Positions 12,101 through 22,501 of a stretch of DNA of 64,000 nucleotides are shown in pieces; position 1 is the first letter of the stretch, and each line of letters starts with the position of its first letter. The position numbers and the translations under genes are program-made. The stretch comes from Balanoglossus misakiensis (lineage: Eukaryota > Animalia > Hemichordata): assembly GCA_040954595.2 (NCBI GenBank), contig CM082579.2:13145834-13209833 (forward strand), written 5' to 3'. A model generated the notes under the pieces. The model was not told the DNA's origin and did no database searches. It saw only the letters and a list, made by a program, of their open reading frames with translations.

Positions 12101-14999
12101 TTACAGCCGAGCATTGTGTATGTGAATCCAAGTACGGCCATTAACGCGCGTACAGTCCAACATTTATTCCTACTTCGTGTGTTCTCATCTTGGGTAATTA
12201 CAGTTACTAGTTACAATTTACACAATATCCATACAATACCCAAGTTAAATGGACTAAAAGTGAATGTTTATCAACAGCGACAACGCGACGAGCTCCGAAA
12301 AGCTGCTCTAGTATATGTGTCGTCTGCACACTTGTCATGGCGCCAAAGTTGACTACATGGTATATCATGTATATGGAGTAGACCGAGACTCATTTCTGTT
12401 CAACGTTCTTACCTGTTCTGCCGTATACGTCGCCGGTATGGGGTCGGGATGGTCGCTTGTTGGTCCCTTCCTGCCTACGAAGTGGAGGCTACAAATATAT
12501 GTGTCCTTTTTGACATTGTCGACGCCGAAACCCTGTCTCCCGCAAGCATAAATCCATTTTTGACATTTCAAAATATTTCGATGTGGCTTCGGAAATCGGA
12601 TGAAGAAAACATCTTTCATTTCAACACGATCGGTGTACCTCGAGTCACTCGTGCAATGTCCGTAACAGCAATGTTTAGTAGCGCCCATCGCGGAAGTAAA
12701 CCAAAACAAAGTTTTTAAAAGTAAAAAGCGCAACGCTATCGCTACGTGCTTCGCTCAGTCGATGCTACGTCAATGTCCGCTTTGTTTGTCCGCATTTCAC
12801 TGTTGCCGGACGCATGCGCACTCGCACAAATCTATTTTTAGCGACATTTATAAAACCCTGGACTGTGCTATTAAAACAAATGACAACACTGGTACTATTA
12901 ACTTGGTAACTATATTTTGGTTGTGATTTCTCTCCAATTTCTTTTAGGTAAACCACTCTCAGAGATCCACTCTGAGTCCTTTAAAGGCATGGGTGATTGT
13001 AAAGGAAGATGGAGAGGTGTTGACAGCACATTGCAACTGCATGGCTGGGTGAGTTGTGTGATAATAATAATTATATGGGTTCTTGCTAGACATTTCAAAA
13101 TTTAAATATTGTGGAAATTCAAAATGTTTAACATGATTTGTATTGTGTTGTAGGTTAGCTGAATCATGCTCTCATGTAGGAGCCATACTGTATGCTGTAG
13201 AAGCAGGTGTGCGTATGCGTGATTCTGTCACCTGTACAATGGAGAAGAGCAAGTGGATGATGCCATCTCATGTGAAAAAGGTACACATCTGATTATGTTC
13301 ATAGTAAAATTATATATAAAGGGAAAGTAGCTGTAATTTTTCTATAATTCCCCTTTCTTCCTAAATCATGTTGAAATGCCCCAAGTTCAGTTTGCTGACA
13401 CTGCCTGTGACATAGATAGTTATTGTTAACAATTGAGTTTTGGTCGGGACTAACAATTTATGTGTCAGCAATATAATACCGTTTGTGTGCAGTCTGATGA
13501 CAATTAAGCCATGCAGTTGGTGTTTAAACATACTTTTAACAGAACAAGAAGTTAATGATATGTTATTTTTTTGCACAGATACCTGCTGCTCCAGTTTCCC
13601 AAATTGATTTTTCTTCTGCAAAGGCTAAAAAACAAAGGCTGGATCAGGCTCCTTGTGATGAAGACACTTCGCCAATCAAGGATGCTAGTTCTGTATGTCC
13701 ATCAGTTACAAAAGGGTCAGAAGAGTATCACAAGTTTTTTAGGGAATTGAATACCAATTTTCCAAAGAGTGCCGCACTGATGACCAAACAACCCTACCAC
13801 AACAAGTTTGTACCCAAGTCATCAACCGAACTTCTGCCAAGATCACTTATCGATTACAGAACAGATATCACACTGTCACTCGATAAGGAAAATCTGTTTG
13901 CTGACTGCAGTAAATTCACGTTATCAGTGACAGACAGTCAGGCCAAAGCAGTGGAGTTGGAGACCAGAAGACAGACAAAGAGTAAGATCTGGTTCAGTCA
14001 GAGAGCTGGCAGGATCACTGCTTCCAAATTGAGAGCTGTCTTGCACACAGACACCGGTAAACCCTCCAGAAGTTTAATTAAGGCAATATGTTATCCACAA
14101 GAACATAGATTTTCCAGCCAAGCAACAAAGTGAGTATGCAGTCAATGTGGATAGTTTTCTTCTTGTTTACTGTTTTTGATACAGTAATGCTTCCATTGGG
14201 TCCCTAAGCTGTCTAGCCAGCTGCATTCATTGTTTAGTATTTGAGCATGTAAATTGGCCTCTTGGTTTGAAATGCTTAAAGTCAGTATGTTTATCGCTTT
14301 CTAAAATATTACATTTTATAAACCATTCACAAATGTACTTTCTCCTTCTATTTCAGTTATGGTTGCAAGCATGAGGCAACAGCCAGAGCAGAGTATGGGC
14401 GAACGATGTCTGCCAGGCACAACAATTTCATACTCGCTGACAGTGGCCTTAGGTTGCACCCAAAATGGCCATTCATGGGTGCAACTCCTGATGCTGTGAT
14501 AAACTGTGACTGCTGTGGTTTTGGTTCATGTGAAATAAAGGTATGTCAAAGAACCATGGGGTTAATACTGTTACAGCATGTGTATATTGTGCTGCTTGGT
14601 ATGCTTTGGGAAATAGTCATGAATGTTATTAGTCCTTTTTTTCCGGGTTTGATTAACAAATTTTTTGTTCATTTCATTCAGTGTCCATACTGCCATCGGT
14701 ACAACACAAGAATCGAGGATTGTGTGGGGAAGAGAGGCTTCTGCCTGATCCATGGAGATAATGGGAAAATGAAACTTGACAGAAATCACAGTTATTTCTA
14801 TCAAGTTCAAGCACAGATCAATATTATGGAAGCAAAATATTGTGACTTTGTAGTGTGGAATGAAAATGATATTTTCATAGAACGCATTATGCCAGATCAT
14901 GATTTCTGGGCTGGTATAATGCCAAAGGCAGAAAGATTTTTCCGGCAATGCATACTACCTGAAGTTTTGGGGCGACATTTCACAACTTCTGCAGTTTAA
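6147..14999 (+). CDS. SWIM zinc finger + YqaJ (lambda exonuclease-like) protein of the outer ISL2EU, 6 exons, 534 aa, intact
   Basis: Exons 6147-6470, 12948-13048, 13154-13280, 13579-14129, 14357-14540 and 14682-14999, all GT-AG and in frame. Motifs [51 protein letters not shown]. Intron 1 contains the nested element. Confidence 0.9.
7167..9463 (+). pseudogene. SAP + SWIM + YqaJ exonuclease gene of the inner ISL2EU with one in-frame nonsense codon
   Basis: Exons 7167-7330 (SAP-like [25 protein letters not shown]) and 7927-9463. [17 protein letters not shown]. YqaJ motifs RVTAS, GASPDG, EIKCP. TAG at 9254-9256 falls in YYFQC*MQMG (Gln expected) and the frame continues to 9463. Confidence 0.88.
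9464..9806. mobile_element. Kolobok-like MITE (TTAA TSD)
   Basis: TTAA on both sides (9460-63, 9807-10). Imperfect ~75-bp TIRs AGGGACAAAGTCTCTCTCTCACTGCCCTTTTTCCATT / AATGGAAAAAGGGCAGCGAGATAGAGACTTTATTCCT. Confidence 0.8.
10450..12688 (-). CDS. THAP + HTH + DDE_Tnp_4 (Harbinger-type) transposase of the inner ISL2EU, 3 exons, 515 aa, intact
   Basis: Exons 12688-12413, 11958-11829 and 11591-10450 are in frame. THAP motif CCYGHC...FPKP...W...ICSLHF; catalytic IIDCSE, LADRGF and RIHVERAI. Confidence 0.9.
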
Positions 15000-15246
15000 A
15001 GTCTTTATGGTCAATAATCAATGAATTTTATAAAAATACAACACAACAGTATATGTGAATTAAACAAATTTATTATCAAATGGTCAACATTATAGACAAA
15101 ATCTGGGGTGTAGATTTAATGTACATCATATAAATTTCTGTATATTTAATTTAAATAATTTAAATAAATACAGTGTTACATTTATACTAATATATTATTT
15201 CAATGTATGATATATTATTTTTATACAAACATTTAAATATATAATA

Positions 15247-15490
15247 TGATACATGTTATGTGTATGGCAGTTCTAAAGACTAAAAATACCCAGAAAAACT
15301 TTACTGGATGCCGAAATATTGTTTGTCAGTCACCTGGAAAAGACAATTCTATGCAGACAAAGACTATGCAGACGAAACTCCATGAGGCTGATAACGCACC
15401 ATACCTGATACATGTTACGTGTCTGGCAGTTCTAAAGTAAAAACATACTCAGAAAAACTTTTACAGGAAGCTGAAATATTGCTTTTTCAT
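15247..15490 (+). repeat. Two degenerate tandem copies resembling the outer transposase 5'UTR/THAP start, inverted relative to the gene
   Basis: 15361-15430 gactatgcagacgaaactccatgaggctgataacgcaccatacctgatacatgttacgtgtctggc matches the reverse complement of ~18400-18468. A shorter copy starts at 15247. Confidence 0.8.
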
Positions 15491-15499
15491 TTTGGCGGG

Positions 15500-15648
15500 T
15501 TTTTCACACTCGTGTCTACAAGTGGGATGGAAGTTGTGTGTGGTCGAACGTTGGTTCACTATATATCCAGTAGAATGACATAAATGGTGTCTTGTATCAA
15601 ACATAATTAATGGAAAAAGGGCCAGCGAGAGAGAGAGACTTTGTCCCT
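15500..15648. mobile_element. Right-half fragment of the same Kolobok-like MITE as 9464-9806
   Basis: Colinear similarity to 9660-9806, ending gagactttgtccct|TTAA. Confidence 0.85.
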
Positions 15649-17261
15649 TTAAGAGGGACGCTAGTTACATCACAATTCCCAGCAAGGGGTATGGGGTTTT
15701 ATTTATGGGGTTTTATTTATGGGGTTTTATTAAAGAATTACTCTAAAGGTACAATGGACTCAGACAGGTTTGTTAGGGCACAGCATATAACTCCAATTTT
15801 GTCAATGAGGCTCAATGACTTCCCCTTTTTTTTAACCAAATACTCAATTGGCAATGCTCTGCTCTGCATGACCTGATACTTTCTACGAACTAACCCAATC
15901 ACTCTTTCTACATGTATGCGAACACTTGCTATTTTTCTTGTTTTTTCAACCTCATATGGGGATAATTGTTTCTTTCCTCTTGTGAAAGCAGGGATTTGCA
16001 GTGAAGCGCAATAAAATCCAACACTGTCTTCAATGGTGAATCCACGGTCTGCAAGTACAATATCACCAGGCAAAAGATTGTTTAAAATTCAACTTTTTTC
16101 AGTTATTTCTTTATCACTAGCCCTACCACCCCAAGCCTCAGATATATATGTAACAAGTCCATTTGGAGCAATGCCAATGAGAAATTTAACAGTATTGTGG
16201 TGCTTATAATTTGACCAGGTTTGAGCTCTTGCTAACAAATTTGATGGCCGCTCAACAAACACTTCAAAACAATCAATTATTACTGAAACTTTGTTTCCAA
16301 ATGATTTCCTAAAATCCATGGGCATTGTAGCTCTAAGCATATCTCTATCTGGCCACTCAATTAGAAATTTCAACCTGAAATACAAGACATCAATCCATTT
16401 GTTCCATATCCTTGATGCAGTCATCAAGGATATGCCAAACCTGAAGGCTAAATCTTGCAGAGAGAGATTTAAACGGAAACGCATAAAAACTAAAATCATT
16501 TGTTCAAACTTCCCCAAAACAGATCGATGTGTATGATTTATGTAAGATTCACATAAACTGAAAATCTGCATCAAAACTAAAAAGTTTGGAATGCCAGTGT
16601 AGAATTTTGTCTTTTCATCATTTGCCTGAAATGAACTTTGATTCAACTGTGTGTCCAAAACTTTGGCCCTAAGATTATAAAGTTCAGAGTTCACTCTCAT
16701 AAAATCTTCTTCCATCATATCAAGATGGCAACCAGTCAGGTCAGTTTGACATTCTGCGTGCACCATGTGGGAAGCTGCATGGTCTGTAAGAAAGAATTAT
16801 ATTCAAAATATATAGTGTAAGTAAATGGACTATCTTAAAATAGGAAATGTCACAAAATGTGCATAAATTATTACAACATAAATTATTGCTTTACTTGAAG
16901 CCAAACATGAACATGTATGTATGTCTATTCAGAGTTGAAAATAACTACCTTTATTAATCACTGGGGAGTCAACTTGGGTTTGAAGACTGCATTCCAATCT
17001 CAATTTCTTGTGAAAATGAAGCAATGCCTCTGCACCTTCCAAATGCTGTCTCTTCGCAACACGATTTTCTCTGTTCAGAAGACTTAGTGGTTTGCGTAGA
17101 ATCTTCTGAACCCCGAGATTGACAGTAGGGACCCAATCCACATCCTCATCTTCAAATAATTTACTCGGATAACCTGCCATACAATGATAAATCATATGTG
17201 TGGGCATGATTGACAAACTTCATGGTTCATAAAAAAACAAAACAAGTACAATGTATATAGC

Positions 17262-17520
17262 ATAGAGGTCTTCCTTCCTGTTTGTATTGTGTATGTTTGT
17301 TTATTGTTATTGATATAATAAACAATAAATATGTTTGTTTACAAATATGGTCACATAAACGTAACCCTATTAAACTGTTGAATACACCCTAACCCTAACA
17401 TGTCAATAAACAAACGTGACCATATTTGAAAATAAATAAATAAATAAACAAACAAACAAACATTAATCAATCAATAACAACAAACTTACACACTACAAAC
17501 ACAGAGGAAGAGCTCCCCAT
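17262..17520. mobile_element. Degenerate MITE with long imperfect TIRs and a central TAACCC tract, in an intron of the outer transposase
   Basis: tcttccttcctgtttgtattgtgtatgtttgtt...caaatatggtcac versus gtgaccatatttg...aacaaacttacacactacaaacacagaggaaga; centre contains aaccct/ccctaaccctaac. Confidence 0.6.
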
Positions 17521-17768
17521 ACAACCAAATAGTTATACAAAATGGAGCAGGGTCTATCAGCCTACATCAAGGCTCAGACATTTATCTCCGACCTGAGATG
17601 TGCTAGGCACTTTAATATGACAAAATCTACTACTGTACTAGCCTGCGTACAGGTCTATGTGTTACTAGTAACCGTGGCTGGGATAAACTCGCGTCGATCT
17701 CCATGGATAAACACAAAAGACAGTCACTCAACTGTGCAGAAAAAAGGACAAAACTTAGGAAGCGATCG

Positions 17769-18105
17769 GTTTATGAAACCTTTTGTTTCAGAAACTTCAG
17801 TGATAAACGTATGCGAGGGCTAAATCAAGTTAACGCAACGTACAATGATGTAAACAAACAGTGACCTCGCGCTACGGTCATAATCATGTCCGTTACTGTA
17901 CAAAGTTGCCAAAACATTGCTACATGTTAAAGTTTATGAAACCTTTTGTTTCAGAAACTTCAGTGATAAACGTATGCGAGGGCTAAATCAAGTTAACGCA
18001 ACGTACAATGATGTAAACAAACAGTGACCTCGCGCTACGGTCATAATCATGTCCGTTACTGTACAAAGTTGCCAAAACATTGCTACATGTTAAAGTTTAT
18101 GAAAC
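17769..18105 (+). repeat. 163-bp tandem duplication in transposase intron 1
   Basis: Two copies that appear identical, with the 11-bp junction word gtttatgaaac at 17769, 17932 and 18095. Confidence 0.95.
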
Positions 18106-18589
18106 GTATCCGTACATCAATCACACAACGTAATGGCTCATGCTGTTGAACCGCATTTTTAAAACATTGGTTCAGATGAGATTAGATGTCTACATACCTT
18201 TTATGAAATGATCACTACATACACGAGCGTGAAGAGATTCCGCCCCTTTCGTACCAGATTCAGACAGGTTTGCAAGCCATTCTTCACGCTGCTGTCTACT
18301 CAACTTTCTCGCTTTTTCACCCTTGTGCACAACTTCCTTTGGTACTCTAAAAAATCTCTTCTTGACTTCTCTGAGACTATTAGACCGATTTGTACAGCCA
18401 GGCACGTAACATGTATCAGGCATGGTGCCTTATCGATATCAGCCTCATGGAGTTTCGTCTGCACAGTCTTCGCCTCATCAACAGTTGTCGTCTGCTGCAC
18501 ACTGCACGCGCGCCACGCCGATTTGCCCGTCATCTGGAAAATTTGAATACCCGTCTGAGCGCGTCTGACGTCATTTGATAGTAAAGAAT

Positions 18590-21500
18590 TCCCTCGGGCC
18601 AGTGTGTTTTACGCATCACAACGGAATATGCAAATAACAAGACGGCGTTTGGAAGCAACCATGGATATTTTAGAACAAACCGTCGATCTACAGAGTCTAC
18701 CGGAAAACTTTCTTATTCGCTCGGGCCAGTGTGTTCTACGCATCACAACGGAATATGCAAATAACAAGACGGCGTTTGGAAGCAACCATGGATATTTTAG
18801 AACAAGCCGTCGATCTACAGAGTCTACCGGAAAACTTTCTTATTCCCTCGGGCCTGTGTGTTCTACGCATCACAACGGAATATGCAAATAACAAGACGGC
18901 GTTTGGAAGCAACCATGGATAATTTTAGAACAAGCCGTCGATCTACAGAGTCTACCGGAAAACTTTCTTAGTCCCTCGGGCCTGTGTGTTCTACGCATCA
19001 CAACGGAATATGCAAATAACAAGACAGCGTTTGGAAGCAACCATGGATATTTTAGAACAAGCCGTCGATCTACAGAGTCTACCGGAAAACATTCTTATTC
19101 GCTCGGGCCTGTGTGTTCTACGCATCACAACGGAATATGCAAATAACAAGACGGCGTTTGGAAGCAACCATGGATATTTTAGAACAAGCCGTCGATCTAC
19201 AGAGTCTACCGGAAAACTTTCTTATTCGCTCGGGCCAGTGTGTTCTACGCATCACAACGGAATATGCAAATAACAAGACGGCGTTTGGAAGCAACCATGG
19301 ATATTTTAGAACAAGCCGTCGATCTACAGAGTCTACCGGAAAACTTTCTTATTCCCTTGGGCCTGTGTGTTCTACGCATCACAACGGAATATGCAAATAA
19401 CAAGACGGCGTTTGGAAGCAACCATGGATATTTTAGAACAAACCGTCGATCTACAGAGTCTACGGGAAAACTTTCTTATTCGCTCGGGCCAGTGTGTTCT
19501 ACGCATCACAACGGAATATGCAAATAACAAGACGGCGTTTGGAAGCAACCATGGATATTTTAGAACAAGCCGTCGATCTACAGAGTCTACCGGAAAACTT
19601 TCTTATTCCCTCGGGCCTGTGTGTTCTACGCATCACAACGGAATATGCAAATAACAAGACGGCGTTTGGAAGCAACCATGGATAATTTTAGAACAAGCCG
19701 TCGATCTACAGAGTCTACCGGAAAACTTTCTTAGTCCCTCGGGCCTGTGTGTTCTACGCATCACAACGGAATATGCAAATAACAAGACGGCGTTTGGAAG
19801 CAACCATGGATATTTTAGAACAAGCCGTCGATCTACAGAGTCTACCGGAAAACATTCTTATTCGCTCGGGCCTGTGTGTTCTACGCATCACAACGGAATA
19901 TGCAAATAACAAGACGGCGTTTGGAAGCAACCATGGATATTTTAGAACAAGCCGTCGATCTACAGAGTCTACCGGAAAACTTTCTTATTCCCTCGGGCCA
20001 GTGTGTTCTAAGCATCACAACGGAATATGCAAATAACAAGACGGCGTTTGGAAGCAACCATGGATATTTTAGAACAAGCCGTCGATCTACAGAGTCTACC
20101 GGAAAACTTTCTTATTCGCTCGGGCCTGTGTGTTCTACGCATCACAACGGAATATGCAAATAACAAGACGGCGTTTGGAAGCAACCATGGATATTTTAGA
20201 ACAAGCCGTCGATCTACAGAGTCTACCGGAAAACATTCTTATTCGCTCGGGCCTGTGTGTTCTACGCATCACAACGGAATATGCAAATAACAAGACGGCG
20301 TTTGGAAGCAACCATGGATATTTTAGAACAAGCCGTCGATCTACAGAGTCTACCGGAAAACTTTCTTATTCCCTCGGGCCAGTGTGTTCTAAGCATCACA
20401 ACGGAATATGCAAATAACAAGACGGCGTTGGAAGCAACCATGGATATTTTAGAACAAGCCGTCGATCTACAGAGTCTACCGGAAAACTTTCTTATTCGCT
20501 CGGGCCTGTGTGTTCTACGCATCACAACGGAATATGCAAATAACAAGACGGCGTTTGGAAGCAACCATGGATATTTTAGAACAAGCCGTCGATCTACAGA
20601 GTCTACCGGAAAACTTTCTTATTCCCTCGGGCCTGTGTGTTCTGCGCATCACAACGGAATATGCAAATAACAAGACGGCGTTTGGAAGCAACCATGGATA
20701 TTTTAGAACAAGCCGTCGATCTACAGAGTCTACCGGAAAACTTTCTTATTCGCTCGGGCCAGTGTGTTCTACGCATCACAACGGAATATGCAAATAACAA
20801 GACGGCGTTTGGAAGCAACCATGGATATTTTAGAACAAGCCGTCGATCTACAGAGTCTACCGGAAAACTTTCTTATTCCCTCGGGCCTGTGTGTTCTACG
20901 CATCACAACGGAATATGCAAATAACAAGACGGCGTTTGGAAGCAACCATGGATAATTTTAGAACAAGCCGTCGATCTACAGAGTCTACCGGAAAACTTTC
21001 TTAGTCCCTCGGGCCTGTGTGTTCTACGCATCACAACGGAATATGCAAATAACAAGACGGCGTTTGGAAGCAACCATGGATATTTTAGAACAAGCCGTCG
21101 ATCTACAGAGTCTACCAGAAAACATTCTTATTCGCTCGGGCCTGTGTGTTCTACGCCTCACAACTAAATATGCAAATAACAAGACGGCGTTTGGAAGCAA
21201 CCATGGATATTTTAGAACAAGCCGTCGATCTGCAGAGTCTACCGGAAAACTTTCTTATTCCCTCGGGCCAGTGTGTTCTAAGCATCACAACGGAATATGC
21301 AAATAACAAGACGGCGTTTGGAAGCAACCATGGATATTTTAGAACAAGCCGTCGATCTACAGTGTCTACCGGAAAACTTTCTTATTCCCTCGGGCCAGTG
21401 TGTTCTACGCATCACAACGGAATATGCAAATAACAAGACGGCGTTTGGAAGCAACCATGGATATTTTAGAACAAACCGTCGATCTACAGAGTCTACCGGA

Positions 21501-22344
21501 AAACTTTCTTATTCGCTCGGGCCAGTGTGTTCTACGCATCACAACGGAATATGCAAATAACAAGACGGCGTTTGGAAGCAACCATGGATATTTTAGAACA
21601 AGCCGTCGATCTACAGAGTCTACCGGAAAACTTTCTTATTCGCTCGGGCCTGTGTGTTCTACGCATCACAACGGAATATGCAAATAACAAGACGGCGTTT
21701 GGAAGCAACCATGGATATTTTAGAACAAGCCGTCGATCTACAGAGTCTACCGGAAAACTTTCTTATTCCCTCGGGCCAGTGTGTTCTAAGCATCACAACG
21801 GAATATGCAAATAACAAGACGGCGTTTGGAAGCAACCATGGATATTTTAGAACAAGCCGTCGATCTACAGAGTCTACCGGAAAACTTTCTTATTCGCTCG
21901 GGCCTGTGTGTTCTACGCATCACAACGGAATATGCAAATAACAAGACGGCGTTTGGAAGCAACCATGGATATTTTAGAACAAGCCGTCGATCTACAGAGT
22001 CTACCGGAAAACATTCTTATTCGCTCGGGCCTGTGTGTTCTACGCATCACAACGGAATATGCAAATAACAAGACGGCGTTTGGAAGCAACCATGGATATT
22101 TTAGAACAAGCCGTCGATCTACAGAGTCTACCGGAAAACTTTCTTATTCCCTCGGGCCAGTGTGTTCTAAGCATCACAACGGAATATGCAAATAACAAGA
22201 CGGCGTTTGGAAGCAACCATGGATATTTTAGAACAAGCCGTCGATCTACAGAGTCTACCGGAAAACTTTCTTATTCGCTCGGGCCAGTGTGTTCTACGCA
22301 TCACAACGGAATATGCAAATAACAAGGCGGCGTTTGGAAGCAAC
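18590..22344 (+). repeat. 127-bp satellite, right block (~29-30 units) with higher-order variants
   Basis: Same monomer as 5141-6053; resumes exactly in register after the AT TSD. Confidence 0.98.
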
Positions 22345-22501
22345 GTCGCCTCGAAATCCGTCATGTCAGATTTTCGGGCGACGAGTAGCGTGACGCGCAA
22401 GCGATTGCCCCGTGTTACCAGATATACCTCAAAACATGTTGACATCTGCACATGCGAAAATGGTATTAATTTGTTATTTTACGAACCAGACACTAGCTGT
22501 A

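Larger units (their letters stand above)
7024..12869. mobile_element. ISL2EU DNA transposon, inner (nested) element, 5846 bp
   Basis: 17-bp TIR AGCACAGTCCAGGGTTT / AAACCCTGGACTGTGCT with AT TSD (7022-23, 12870-71). Same convergent YqaJ/THAP-DDE layout as the outer element but unrelated TIRs. Confidence 0.93.
15738..18423 (-). pseudogene. THAP + DDE_Tnp_4 transposase of the outer ISL2EU with one nonsense codon
   Basis: Exons 18423-18198 (THAP CYVPGC...VCSDHF), 17173-16949 (DWVPT) and 16783-15738. In-frame TGA at 16091-16089 in [20 protein letters not shown], where Gly is expected (inner element has QSGFLEHL). IIDCFE precedes the stop; ADRGF and HVER follow it. Confidence 0.88.
6054..18587. 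mobile_element. ISL2EU (PIF/Harbinger group) DNA transposon, outer element
   Basis: 13-bp TIR TCTTTACTATCAA / TTGATAGTAAAGA and AT TSD (6052-53, 18588-89). Removing the element restores the satellite ttcttATtccctcggg. 20-bp subterminal inverted repeat tttccagatgacgggcaaat (~6092-6111 vs 18521-18540). Convergent YqaJ and THAP-DDE genes. Confidence 0.93.

Noticed and set aside
9254-16091. Programmed readthrough or selenocysteine for the TAG and TGA in the ISL2EU genes
   Set aside because: Each is one substitution from the expected codon (CAG Gln, GGA Gly), neither is a Cys position, and no supporting signal was seen.
17638-17658. TAGCCTGCGTACAGGTCTA, an Academ-like palindromic end (similar word at ~30438)
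   Set aside because: No partner end or TSD found; too short to call.
5141-22344. CRISPR-like array interpretation of the 127-bp repeat
   Set aside because: Units are near-identical over their whole length with no unique spacers, no cas genes are present, and the context is eukaryotic.
18590-22344. 5S rRNA, tRNA, snRNA or hammerhead ribozyme identity of the monomer
   Set aside because: No recognisable 5S/tRNA boxes, Sm site or CUGAUGA...GAAA core on either strand by eye. An Rfam search is still advisable.
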